NCBI GenBank assembly: GCA_053919585.1
Contig: CM132790.1
Length of the DNA: 64,000 bases
Source of the DNA: Euprymna scolopes
Taxonomy: Eukaryota
Reading direction: 5' to 3' (one strand)
Both the position numbers and the translations under genes were made by a program. Positions 11,390 to 26,719 of this stretch are shown one piece after another (the stretch's first letter is position 1; every line of letters begins with the position of its first letter). Below the pieces are notes generated by a model. That model worked only from the letters and a program-made list of their open reading frames with translations, searched no databases and had not been told where the DNA came from.

Positions 11390-11881
11390 AAGATTATCCC
11401 ACGAAGCAGCAACTTTACGGCAATCTACCTGCCATATCTACTACCATCAAGGAGCATCGTCTACGATTTGTCGGTCATTGCCAGAGGATCAAGTAAGAGC
11501 TGGCGAGAAATGTATTTTTGTGGAATCCATGGCATGGGCGTATATACATTGGATGACCTAGATGCACGTACATCCAGCAAATTGCACATGCGGTCAATTG
11601 TGATCCTGAAGATCTGTGGCAGCTGATGGAACACAGGGAAATCTGGAGAGAGAAAGAGAGAGGGGGAAAGAGAGAGGGGGAGAGAGAGAGCCATATTGGT
11701 TATTTATCAACCGTCTTCACTTATTTCTTGATCCAATACTGCTTTCACCATTATTTTACACAATCAATCCATTTCATTTATCTTATTTTACTTATGTTTT
11801 ACCATTTTTAGTGTCCATTGTTTTACTTAATTATTTATATTTCATCGTGAATTTGGATTATTTATTATATTTATGCATGAC

Positions 11882-14800
11882 CTTTTATACTTCTCTATCT
11901 AGTCTTTATTCATCAAACTCCCGCATACACTTTCATAATTCTCTATCTAGTCTTTATTCATCAAACTCCCGTATACACTTTCATAATTCTCTATCTAGTC
12001 TTTATTCATCAAACTCCCGTATACACTTTCATAATTCTCTATCTAGTCTTTATTCATCAAACTCCCGCATACACTTTCATAATTCTCTATCTAGTCTTTA
12101 TTAATCAAACTCCCGTATACACTTTCATAATTCTCTATCTAGTCTTTATTCATCAAACTCCCGCATACACTTTCATAATTCTCTATCTAGTCTTTATTCA
12201 TCAAACTCCCGTATACACTTTCATAATTCTCTATCTAGTCTTTATTCATCAAACTCCCGTATACACTTTCATAATTCTCTATCTAGTCTTTATTCATCCA
12301 ACTCCCATATACACTTTCATAATTCTCTATCTAGTCTTTATTCATCCAACTCCCATATACACTTTCATAATTCTCTATCTAGTCTTTATTCATCCAACTC
12401 CCATATACACTTTCATAATTCTCTATCTAGTCTTTATTCATCCAACTCCCATATACACTTTTATAATTATCTATATAGTCTTTATTCATCCAACTCCCAT
12501 ATACACTTTTATAATTCTCTATCTAGTCTTTATTCATCCAACTCCCATATACACTTTTATAATTCTCTATCTAGTCTTTATTCATCCAACTCCCATATAC
12601 ACTTTTATAATTCTCTATCTAGTCTTTATTCATCCAACTCCCATATACACTTTCATAATTCTCTATCTAGTCTTTATTCATCAAACTCCCATATACACTT
12701 TTATAATTCTCTATCTAGTCTTTATTCATCCTACTCCCATATACACTTTTATAATTCTCTATCTAGTCTTTATTCATCCAACTCCCATATACACTTTTAT
12801 AATTCTCTATCTAGTCTTTATTCATCCAACTCCCATATACACTTTTATAATTCTCTATCTAGTCTTTATTCATCCAACTCCCATATACACTTTTATAATT
12901 CTCTATCTAGTCTTTATTCATCCAACTCCCATATACACTTTCATAATTCTCTATCTAGTCTTTATTCATCAAACTCCCATATACACTTTTATAATTCTCT
13001 ATCTAGTCTTTATTCATCCTACTCCCATATACACTTTTATAATTCTCTATCTAGTCTTTATTCATCCAACTCCCATATACACTTTTATAATTCTCTATCT
13101 AGTCTTTATTCATCCTACTCCCATATACACTTTTATAATTCTCTATCTAGTCTTTATAATCCAACTCCCATATACACTTTTATACTTCTCTATCTAGTCT
13201 TTATTCATCCAACTCCCGTATACACTTTCATAATTCTCTATCTAGTCTTTATAATCCAACTCCCATATACACTTTTATACTTCTCTATCTAGTCTTTATT
13301 CATCCAACTCCCGTATACACTTTCATAATACTCTATCTAGTCTTTATAATCCAACTCCCATATACACTTTTATACTTCTCTATCTAGTCTTTATTCATCC
13401 AACTCCCGTATACACTTTCATAATTCTCTATCTAGTCTTTATAATCCAACTCCCGTATACACTTTTATACTTCTCTATCTAGCCTTTATTCATCCAACTC
13501 CCGTATACAGTTTTATAATTCTCTATCTAGTCTTTATAATCCAACTCCCATATACACTTTTATAATTCTCTATCTAGTCTTTATTCATCCAACTCCCATA
13601 TACACTTTTATAATTCTCTATCTAGTCTTTATTCATCCAACTCCCATATACACTTTTATAATTCTCTATATAGTCTTTATTCATCCAACTCCCGTATACA
13701 CTTTCATAATTCTCTATCTAGTCTTTATTCATCAAACTCCCGCATACACTTTCATAATTCTCTATCTAGTCTTTATTCATCAAACTCCCGCATACACTTT
13801 CATAATTCTCTATCTAGTCTTTATTCATCAAACTCCCGTATACACTTTCATAATTCTCTATCTAGTCTTTATTCATCAAACTCCCATATACACTTTTATA
13901 CTTCTCTATCTAGTCTTTATTCATCAAACTCCCGTATACACTTTCATAATTCTCTATCTAGTCTTTATTCATCAAACTCCCATATACACTTTTATAATTC
14001 TCTATCTAGTCTTTATTCATCAAACTCCCGCATACACTTTCATAATTCTCTATCTAGTCTTTATTCATCAAACTCCCGCATACACTTTCATAATTCTCTA
14101 TCTAGTCTTTATTCATCAAACTCCCGCATACACTTTCATAATTCTCTATCTAGTCTTTATTCATCAAACTCCCGCATACACTTTCATAATTCTCTATCTA
14201 GTCTTTATTCATCAAACTCCCGCATACACTTTCATAATTCTCTATCTAGTCTTTATTCATCAAACTCCCGTATACACTTTCATAATTCTCTATCTAGTCT
14301 TTATTCATCAAACTCCCGTATACACTATCATAATTCTCTATCTAGTCTTTATTCATCAAACTCCCGTATACACTTTCATAATTCTCTATCTAGTCTTTAT
14401 TCATCAAACTCCCGTATACACTTTCATAATTCTCTATCTAGTCTTTATTCATCCAACTCCCATATACACTTTCATAATTCTCTATCTAGTCTTTATTCAT
14501 CCAACTCCCATATACACTTTCATAATTCTCTATCTAGTCTTTATTAATCCAACTCCCATATACACTTTTATAATTATCTATATAGTCTTTATTCATCCAA
14601 CTCCCATATACACTTTTATAATTCTCTATCTAGTCTTTATTCATCCAACTCCCATATACACTTTTATAATTCTCTATCTAGTCTTTATTCATCCAACTCC
14701 CATATACACTTTTATAATTCTCTATCTAGTCTTTATAATCCAACTCCCATATACACTTTCATAATTCTCTATCTAGTCTTTATTCATCCAACTCCCATAT

Positions 14801-17800
14801 ACACTTTCATAATTCTCTATCTAGTCTTTATTCATCCAACTCTCATATACACTTTCATAATTCTCTATCTAGTCTTTATTCATCCAACTCCCATATACAC
14901 TTTTATAATTCTCTATCTAGTCTTTATTCATCCTACTCCCATATACACTTTTATAATTCTCTATCTAGTCTTTATAATCCAACTCCCATATACACTTTTA
15001 TACTTCTCTATCTAGTCTTTATTCATCCAACTCCCGTATACACTTTCATAATTCTCTATCTAGTCTTTATAATCCAACTCCCATATACACTTTTATACTT
15101 CTCTATCTAGTCTTTATTCATCCAACTCCCGTATACACTTTCATAATACTCTATCTAGTCTTTATAATCCAACTCCCATATACACTTTTATACTTCTCTA
15201 TCTAGTCTTTATTCATCCAACTCCCGTATACACTTTCATAATTCTCTATCTAGTCTTTATAATCCAACTCCCGTATACACTTTTATACTTCTCTATCTAG
15301 TCTTTATTCATCCAACTCCCGTATACAGTTTTATAATTCTCTATCTAGTCTTTATAATCCAACTCCCATATACACTTTTATAATTCTCTATCTAGTCTTT
15401 ATTCATCCAACTCCCATATACACTTTTATAATTCTCTATATAGTCTTTATTCATCCAACTCTCATATACACTTTTATAATTCTCTATCTAGTCTTTATTC
15501 ATCCAACTCCCATATACACTTTTATAATTCTCTATCTAGTCTTTATTCATCCAACTCCCATATACACTTTTATAATTTTCTATCTAGTCTTTATTCATCC
15601 AACTCCCATATACACTTTTATAATTCTCTATATAGTCTTTATTCATCCAACTCCCATATACATATTTATAATTCTCTATCTAGTCTTTATTCATCCAACT
15701 CCCATATACACTTTTATAATTCTCTATCTAGTCTTTATTCATCCAACTCCCATATACACTTTTATAATTCTCTATATAGTCTTTATTCATCCAACTCCCA
15801 TATACACTTTTATAATTCTCTATCTAGTCTTTATTTATCAAACTCCCGTATACACTTTCATAATTCTCTATCTAGTCTTTATTGATCCAACTCCCATATA
15901 CACTTTCATAATTCTCTATCTAGTCTTTATTCATCCAACTCCCATATACACTTTCATAATTCTCTATATAGTCTTTATTCATCCAACTCCCGTATACACT
16001 TTCATAATTCTCTATCTAGTCTTTATTCATCAAACTCCCGCATACACTTTCATAATTCTCTATCTAGTCTTTATTCATCAAACTCCCGCATACACTTTCA
16101 TAATTCTCTATCTAGTCTTTATTCATCAAACTCCCGTATACACTTTCATAATTCTCTATCTAGTCTTTATTCATCAAACTCCCGTATACACTTTCATAAT
16201 TCTCTATCTAGTCTTTATTCATCCAACTCCCATATACACTTTCATAATTCTCTATCTAGTCTTTATTCATCCAACTCCCATATACACTTTTATACTTCTC
16301 TATCTAGTCTTTATTCATCCAACTCCCATATACACTTTCATAATTCTCTATCTAGTCTTTATTCATCCAACTCCCGTATACACTTTCATAATTCTCTATC
16401 TAGTCTTTATTCATCAAACTCCCATATACACTTTCATAATTCTCTATCTAGTCTTTATTCATCCAACTCCCATATACACTTTCATAATTCTCTATCTAGT
16501 CTTTATTCATCCAACTCCCATATACACTTTTATAATTATCTATCTAGTCTTTATTCATCCAACTCCCATATACACTTTTATAATTCTCTATCTAGTCTTT
16601 ATTCATCCAACTCCCATATACACTTTTATAATTCTCTATCTAGTCTTTATTCATCCAACTCCCATATACACTTTTATAATTCTCTATCTAGTCTTTATAA
16701 TCCAACTCCCATATACACTTTCATAATTCTCTATCTAGTCTTTATTCATCCAACTCTCATATACACTTTCATAATTCTCTATCTAGTCTTTATTCATCCA
16801 ACTCCCATATACACTTTTATAATTCTCTATCTAGTCTTTATTCATCCTACTCCCATATACACTTTTATAATTCTCTATCTAGTCTTTATAATCCAACTCC
16901 CATATACACTTTTATACTTCTCTATCTAGTCTTTATTCATCCAACTCCCGTATACACTTTCATAATTCTCTATCTAGTCTTTATAATCAAACTCCCATAT
17001 ACACTTTTATACTTCTCTATCTAGGCTTTATTCATCCAACTCCCGTATACACTTTCATAATTCTCTATCTAGTCTTTATAATCCAACTCCCATATACACT
17101 TTTATACTTCTCTATCTAGTCTTTATTCATCCAACTCCCGTATACACTTTCATAATTCTCTATCTAGTCTTTATAATCCAACTCCCGTATACACTTTTAT
17201 ACTTCTCTATCTAGTCTTTATTCATCCACCTCCCGTATACAGTTTTATAATTCTCTATCTAGTCTTTATAATCCAACTCCCATATACACTTTTATAATTC
17301 TCTATCTAGTCTTTATTCATCCAACTCCCATATACACTTTTATAATTCTCTATATAGTCTTTATTCATCCAACTCTCATATACACTTTTATAATTCTCTA
17401 TCTAGTCTTTATTCATCCAACTCCCATATACACTTTTATAATTCTCTATCTAGTCTTTATTCATCCAACTCCCATATACACTTTTATAATTTTCTATCTA
17501 GTCTTTATTCATCCAACTCCCATATACACTTTTATAATTCTCTATATAGTCTTTATTCATCCAACTCCCATATACATATTTATAATTCTCTATCTAGTCT
17601 TTATTCATCCAACTCCCATATACACTTTTATAATTCTCTATCTAGTCTTTATTCATCCAACTCCCATATACACTTTTATAATTCTCTATATAGTCTTTAT
17701 TCATCCAACTCCCATATACACTTTTATAATTCTCTATCTAGTCTTTATTTATCAAACTCCCGTATACACTTTCATAATTCTCTATCTAGTCTTTATTGAT

Positions 17801-20800
17801 CCAACTCCCATATACACTTTCATAATTCTCTATCTAGTCTTTATTCATCCAACTCCCATATACACTTTCATAATTCTCTATATAGTCTTTATTCATCCAA
17901 CTCCCGTATACACTTTCATAATTCTCTATCTAGTCTTTATTCATCAAACTCCCGCATACACTTTCATAATTCTCTATCTAGTCTTTATTCATCAAACTCC
18001 CGTATACACTTTCATAATTCTCTATCTAGTCTTTATTCATCAAACTCCCGTATACACTTTCATAATTCTCTATCTAGTCTTTATTCATCCAACTCCCATA
18101 TACACTTTCATAATTCTCTATCTAGTCTTTATTCATCCAACTCCCATATACACTTTTATACTTCTCTATCTAGTCTTTATTCATCCAACTCCCATATACA
18201 CTTTCATAATTCTCTATCTAGTCTTTATTCATCCAACTCCCGTATACACTTTCATAATTCTCTATCTAGTCTTTATTCATCAAACTCCCATATACACTTT
18301 CATAATTCTCTATCTAGTCTTTATTCATCCAACTCCCATATACACTTTCATAATTCTCTATCTAGTCTTTATTCATCCAACTCCCATATACACTTTTATA
18401 ATTATCTATCTAGTCTTTATTCATCCAACTCCCATATACACTTTTATAATTCTCTATCTAGTCTTTATTCATCCAACTCCCATATACACTTTTATAATTC
18501 TCTATCTAGTCTTTATTCATCCAACTCCCATATACACTTTTATAATTCTCTATCTAGTCTTTATAATCCAACTCCCATATACACTTTCATAATTCTCTAT
18601 CTAGTCTTTATTCATCCAACTCTCATATACACTTTCATAATTCTCTATCTAGTCTTTATTCATCCAACTCCCATATACACTTTTATAATTCTCTATCTAG
18701 TCTTTATTCATCCTACTCCCATATACACTTTTATAATTCTCTATCTAGTCTTTATAATCCAACTCCCATATACACTTTTATACTTCTCTATCTAGTCTTT
18801 ATTCATCCAACTCCCGTATACACTTTCATAATTCTCTATCTAGTCTTTATAATCAAACTCCCATATACACTTTTATACTTCTCTATCTAGTCTTTATTCA
18901 TCCAACTCCCGTATACACTTTCATAATACTCTATCTAGTCTTTATAATCCAACTCCCATATACACTTTTATACTTCTCTATCTAGTCTTTATTCATCCAA
19001 CTCCCGTATACACTTTCATAATTCTCTATCTAGTCTTTATAATCCAACTCCCGTATACACTTTTATACTTCTCTATCTAGTCTTTATTCATCCAACTCCC
19101 GTATACAGTTTTATAATTCTCCATCTAGTCTTTATAATCCAACTCCCATATACACTTTCATAATTCTCTATCTAGTCTTTATTCATCCAACTCCCATATA
19201 CACTTTTATAATTCTCTATATAGTCTTTATTCATCCAACTCTCATATACACTTTTATAATTCTCTATCTAGTCTTTATTCATCCAACTCCCATATACACT
19301 TTTATAATTCTCTATCTAGTCTTTATTCATCCAACTCCCATATACACTTTTATAATTTTCTATCTAGTCTTTATTCATCCAACTCCCATATACACTTTTA
19401 TAATTCTCTATATAGTCTTTATTCATCCAACTCCCATATACACATTTATAATTCTCTATCTAGTCTTTATTCATCCAACTCCCATATACACTTTTATAAT
19501 TCTCTATCTAGTCTTTATTCATCCAACTCCCATATACACTTTTATAATTCTGTATATAGTCTTTATTCATCCAACTCCCATATACACTTTTATACTTCTC
19601 TATATAGTCTTTATTCATCCAACTCCCATATACACTTTTATAATTCTCTATCTAGTCTTTATTCATCCAACTCCCATATACACTTTTATAATTCTCTATA
19701 TAGTCTTTATTCATCCAACTCTCATATACACTTTTATACTTCTCTATCTAGTCTTTATAATCCAACTCCCATATACACTTTTATAATTCTCTATCTAGTC
19801 TTTATTCACCCAACTCCTATATACACTTTTCTAATTCTCTATCTAGTCTTTATTCATCCAACTCTCATATACACTTTTATACTTCTCTATCTAGTCTTTA
19901 TTCATACAACTCCCATATACACTTTTATAATTCTCTATCTAGTCTTTATTCATCCAACTCCCATATAAACTTTTATAATTCTCTATATAGTCTTTATTTA
20001 TCCAACTCCCATATACACTTTTATAATTCTCTATCTAGTCTTTATTTATCCAACTCCCATATACACTTTTATAATTCTCTATCTAGTCTTTATTCATCCA
20101 ACTACCATATACACTTTCATAATTCTCTATCTAGTCTTTATTCATCCAACTCCCATATACACTTTTATAATTCTCTATCTAGTCTTTATTCATCCAACTC
20201 CCATATACACTTTCATAATTCTCTATCTAGTCTTTATTCATCAAACTCCCATATACACTTTTATAATTCTCTATCTAGTCTTTATTCATCCTACTCCCAT
20301 ATACACTTTTATAATTCTCTATCTAGTCTTTATTCATCCAACTCCCATATACACTTTTATAATTCTCTATCTAGTCTTTATTCATCCTACTCCCATATAC
20401 ACTTTTATAATTCTCTATCTAGTCTTTATAATCCAACTCCCATATACACTTTTATACTTCTCTATCTAGTCTTTATTCATCCAACTCCCGTATACACTTT
20501 CATAATTCTCTATCTAGTCTTTATAATCCAACTCCCATATACACTTTTATACTTCTCTATCTAGTCTTTATTCATCCAACTCCCGTATACACTTTCATAA
20601 TACTCTATCTAGTCTTTATAATCCAACTCCCATATACACTTTTATACTTCTCTATCTAGTCTTTATTCATCCAACTCCCGTATACACTTTCATAATTCTC
20701 TATCTAGTCTTTATAATCCAACTCCCGTATACACTTTTATACTTCTCTATCTAGCCTTTATTCATCCAACTCCCGTATACAGTTTTATAATTCTCTATCT

Positions 20801-23800
20801 AGTCTTTATAATCCAACTCCCATATACACTTTTATAATTCTCTATCTAGTCTTTATTCATCCAACTCCCATATACACTTTTATAATTCTCTATCTAGTCT
20901 TTATTCATCCAACTCCCATATACACTTTTATAATTCTCTATATAGTCTTTATTCATCCAACTCCCATATACACTTTTATAATTCTCTATCTAGTCTTTAT
21001 TCATCAAACTCCCGTATACACTTTCATAATTCTCTATCTAGTCTTTATTCATCAAACTCCCGTATACACTTTCATAATTCTCTATCTAGTCTTTATTCAT
21101 CAAACTCCCGCATACACTTTCATAATTCTCTATCTAGTCTTTATTCATCAAACTCCCGCATACACTTTCATAATTCTCTATCTAGTCTTTATTCATCAAA
21201 CTCCCGTATACACTTTCATAATTCTCTATCTTGTCTTTATTCATCAAACTCCCGTATACACTTTCATAATTCTCTATCTAGTCTTTATTCATCCAACTCC
21301 CATATACACTTTCATAATTCTCTATCTAGTCTTTATTCATCCAACTCCCATATACACTTTCATAATTCTCTATCTAGTCTTTATTCATCCAACTCCCATA
21401 TACACTTTCATAATTCTCTATCTAGTCTTTATTAATCCAACTCCCATATACACTTTTATAATTATCTATATAGTCTTTATTCATCCAACTCCCATATACA
21501 CTTTTATAATTCTCTATCTAGTCTTTATTCATCCAACTCCCATATACACTTTTATAATTCTCTATCTAGTCTTTATTCATCCAACTCCCATATACACTTT
21601 TATAATTCTCTATCTAGTCTTTATAATCCAACTCCCATATACACTTTCATAATTCTCTATCTAGTCTTTATTCATCCAACTCCCATATACACTTTCATAA
21701 TTCTCTATCTAGTCTTTATTCATCCAACTCCCATATACACTTTCATAATTCTCTATCTAGTCTTTATTCATCCAACTCCCATATACACTTTCATAATTCT
21801 CTATCTAGTCTTTATTAATCCAACTCCCATATACACTTTTATAATTATCTATATAGTCTTTATTCATCCAACTCCCATATACACTTTTATAATTCTCTAT
21901 CTAGTCTTTATTCATCCAACTCCCATATACACTTTTATAATTCTCTATCTAGTCTTTATTCATCCAACTCCCATATACACTTTTATACTTCTCTATCTAG
22001 TCTTTATTCATCCAACTCCCGTATACACTTTCATAATTCTCTATCTAGTCTTTATTCATCCAACTCCCATATACACTTTCATAATTCTCTATCTAGTCTT
22101 TATTCATCCAACTCTCATATACACTTTCATAATTCTCTATCTAGTCTTTATTCATCCAACTCCCATATACACTTTTATAATTCTCTATCTAGTCTTTATT
22201 CATCCTACTCCCATATACACTTTTATAATTCTCTATCTAGTCTTTATAATCCAACTCCCATATACACTTTTATACTTCTCTATCTAGTCTTTATTCATCC
22301 AACTCCCGTATACACTTTCATAATTCTCTATCTAGTCTTTATAATCCAACTCCCATATACACTTTTATACTTCTCTATCTAGTCTTTATTCATCCAACTC
22401 CCGTATACACTTTCATAATTCTCTATCTAGTCTTTATAATCCAACTCCCATATACACTTTTATACTTCTCTATCTAGTCTTTATTCATCCAACTCCCGTA
22501 TACACTTTCATAATTCTCTATCTAGTCTTTATAATCCAACTCCCATATACACTTTTATACTTCTCTATCTAGTCTTTATTCATCCAACTCCCGTATACAC
22601 TTTCATAATACTCTATCTAGTCTTTATAATTCAACTCCCATATACACTTTTATACTTCTCTATCTAGTCTTTATTCATCCAACTCCCGTATACACTTTCA
22701 TAATTCTCTATCTAGTCTTTATAATCCAACTCCCGTATACACTTTTATACTTCTCTATCTAGTCTTTATTCATCCAACTCCCGTATACAGTTTTATAATT
22801 CTCTATCTAGTCTTTATAATCCAACTCCCATATACACTTTTATAATTCTCTATCTAGTCTTTATTCATCCAACTCCCATATACACTTTTATAATTCTCTA
22901 TATAGTCTTTATTCATCCAACTCTCATATACACTTTTATAATTCTCTATCTAGTCTTTATTCATCCAACTCCCATATACACTTTTATAATTCTCTATCTA
23001 GTCTTTATTCATCCAACTCCCATATACACTTTTATAATTTTCTATCTAGTCTTTATTCATCCAACTCCCATATACACTTTTATAATTCTCTATATAGTCT
23101 TTATTCATCCAACTCCCATATACATATTTATAATTCTCTATCTAGTCTTTATTCATCCAACTCCCATATACACTTTTATAATTCTCTATCTAGTCTTTAT
23201 TCATCCAACTCCCATATACACTTTTATAATTCTCTATATAGTCTTTATTCATCCAACTCCCATATACACTTTTATAATTTTCTATCTAGTCTTTATTCAT
23301 CCAACTCCCATATACACTTTTATAATTTTCTATCTAGTCTTTATTCATCCAACTCCCATATACACTTTTATAATTTTCTATCTAGTCTTTATTCATCCAA
23401 CTCCCATATACACTTTTATAATTTTCTATCTAGTCTTTATTCATCCAACTCCCATATACACTTTTATAATTCTCTATCTAGTCTTTATTCATCCAACTCC
23501 CATATACACTTTCATAATTCTCTATATAGTCTTTATTCATCCAACTCCCATATACACTTTCATAATTCTCTATCTAGTCTTTATTCATCCAACTCCCATA
23601 TACACTTTTATAATTCTCTATATAGTCTTTATTCATCCAACTCCCATATACATATTTATAATTCTCTATCTAGTCTTTATTCATCCAACTCCCATATACA
23701 CTTTTATAATTCTCTATCTAGTCTTTATTCATCCAACTCCCATATACACTTTTATAATTCTCTATATAGTCTTTATTCATCCAACTCCCATATACACTTT

Positions 23801-26719
23801 TATAATTTTCTATCTAGTCTTTATTCATCCAACTCCCATATACACTTTTATAATTTTCTATCTAGTCTTTATTCATCCAACTCCCATATACACTTTTATA
23901 ATTTTCTATCTAGTCTTTATTCATCCAACTCCCATATACACTTTTATAATTTTCTATCTAGTCTTTATTCATCCAACTCCCATATACACTTTTATAATTC
24001 TCTATCTAGTCTTTATTCATCCAACTCCCATATACACTTTCATAATTCTCTATATAGTCTTTATTCATCCAACTCCCATATACACTTTCATAATTCTCTA
24101 TCTAGTCTTTATTCATCCAACTCCCATATACACTTTCATAATTCTCTATATAGTCTTTATTCATCCAACTCCCATATACACTTTCATAATTCTCTATATA
24201 GTCTTTATTCATCCAACTCCCATATACACTTTTATAATTCTCTATATAGTCTTTATTCATCCAACTCCCATATACACTTTTATAATTTTCTATCTAGTCT
24301 TTATTCATCCAACTCCCATATACACTTTTATAATTCTCTATCTAGTCTTTATTCATCCAACTCCCATATACACTTTCATAATTCTCTATATAGTCTTTAT
24401 TCATCCAACTCCCATATACACTTTCATAATTCTCTATCTAGTCTTTATTCATCCAACTCCCATATACACTTTCATAATTCTCTATATAGTCTTTATTCAT
24501 CCAACTCCCATATACACTTTCATAATTCTCTATATAGTCTTTATTCATCCAACTCCCGTATACACTTTCATAATTCTCTATCTAGTCTTTATTCATCCAA
24601 CTCCCATATACACTTTCATAATTCTCTATATAGTCTTTATTCATCCAACTCCCATATACACTTTCATAATTCTCTATATAGTCTTTATTCATCCAACTCC
24701 CGTATACACTTTCATAATTCTCTATCTAGTCTTTATTCATCAAACTCCCGTATACACTTTCATAATTCTCTATATAGTCTTTATTCATCCAACTCCCGTA
24801 TACACTTTCATAATTCTCTATCTAGTCTTTATTCATCAAACTCCCGTATACACTTTCATAATTCTCTATATAGTCTTTATTCATCCAACTCCCGTATACA
24901 CTTTCATAATTCTCTATCTAGTCTTTATTTATCAAACTCCCGTATACACTTTCATAATTCTCTATCTAGTCTTTATTTATCAAACTCCCGTATACACTTT
25001 CATAATTCTCTATCTAGTCTTTATTCATCAAACTCCCGCATACACTTTCATAATTCTCTATCTAGTCTTTATTCATCAAACTCCCGTATACACTTTCATA
25101 ATTCTCTATCTAGTCTTTATTCATCAAACTCCCGTATACACTTTCATAATTCTCTATCTAGTCTTTATTCATCCAACTCCCATATACACTTTCATAATTC
25201 TCTATCTAGTCTTTATTCATCCAACTCCCATATACACTTTCATAATTCTCTATCTAGTCTTTATTCATCCAACTCCCATATACACTTTCATAATTCTCTA
25301 TCTAGTCTTTATTCATCCAACTCCCATATACACTTTTATAATTATCTATCTAGTCTTTATTCATCCAACTCCCATATACACTTTTATAATTCTCTATCTA
25401 GTCTTTATTCATCCAACTCCCATATACACTTTTATAATTCTCTATCTAGTCTTTATTCATCCAACTCCCATATACACTTTTATAATTCTCTATCTAGTCT
25501 TTATAATCCAACTCCCATATACACTTTCATAATTCTCTATCTAGTCTTTATTCATCCAACTCTCATATACACTTTCATAATTCTCTATCTAGTCTTTATT
25601 CATCCAACTCCCATATACACTTTTATAATTCTCTATCTAGTCTTTATTCATCCTACTCCCATATACACTTTTATAATTCTCTATCTAGTCTTTATAATCC
25701 AACTCCCATATACACTTTTATACTTCTCTATCTAGTCTTTATTCATCCAACTCCCGTATACACTTTCATAATTCACTATCTAGTCTTTATAATCAAACTC
25801 CCATATACACTTTTATACTTCTCTATCTAGTCTTTATTCATCCAACTCCCGTATACACTTTCATAATACTCTATCTAGTCTTTATAATCCAACTCCCATA
25901 TACACTTTTATACTTCTCTATCTAGTCTTTATTCATCCAACTCCCGTATACACTTTCATAATTCTCTATCTAGTCTTTATAATCCAACTCCCGTATACAC
26001 TTTTATACTTCTCTATCTAGTCTTTATTCATCCAACTCCCGTATACAGTTTTATAATTCTCTATATAGTCTTTATTCATCCAACTCCCATATACACTTTT
26101 ATAATTCTCTATCTAGTCTTTATTCATCCAACTCCCATATACACTTTCATAATTCTCTATATAGTCTTTATTCATCCAACTCCCATATACACTTTTATAA
26201 TTCCCTATCTAGTCTTTATTCATCCAACTCCCATATACACTTTTATAATTCTCTATCTAGTCTTTATTCATCCAACTCCCATATACACTTTTATAATTCT
26301 CTATCTAGTCTTTATTCATCCGATTCCCATATACCTTTATAATTCTCTATATAGTCTTTATTCATCCAACTCCCATATACACTTTTATAATTCTCTATAT
26401 AGTCTTTATTCATCCAACTCCCATATACACTTTTATAATTCTCTATATAGTCTTTATTCATCCAACTCCCATATACACTTTTATAATTCTCTATCTAATC
26501 TTTATTCATCCAACTCCCATATACACTTTTATAATTCTCTATATAGTCTTTAATCATCCAACTCCCATATACACTTTTATAATTCTCTATATAGTCTTTA
26601 TTTATCCAACTCCCATATACACTTTTATAATTCTCTATCTAGTCTTTATTCATCCAACTCCCATATACACTTTTATAATTCTCTATATAGTCTTTATTTA
26701 TCCAACTCCCATATACACT
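11882..26719. repeat. 48-bp satellite array, ~14.8 kb, ~310 monomers
   Basis: Consensus ACTTTYATAATTCTCTATCTAGTCTTTATTCATCMAACTCCCRTATAC with recurrent 47-bp variants; no spacers. Confidence 0.98.

Larger units (their letters stand above)
9478..11650 (+). mobile_element. Decayed RTE-type LINE (RT C-terminal part) split by two insertions
   Basis: Pieces translate to IGLYLNADKTKFM..FTYLSSNIGS..KAWAALDKL | RSVLTSRLTDKLKRQFFRAV..LNISWQDH | PTKQQLYGNLPAISTTIKEHRLRFVGHC. Confidence 0.75.

Noticed and set aside
11882-26719. CRISPR array, or a repeat protein (SLSSLYSSNSRIHFHN)n
   Set aside because: No unique spacers and no cas genes in a eukaryotic context; 47-bp variants and TAA-creating changes break the frame
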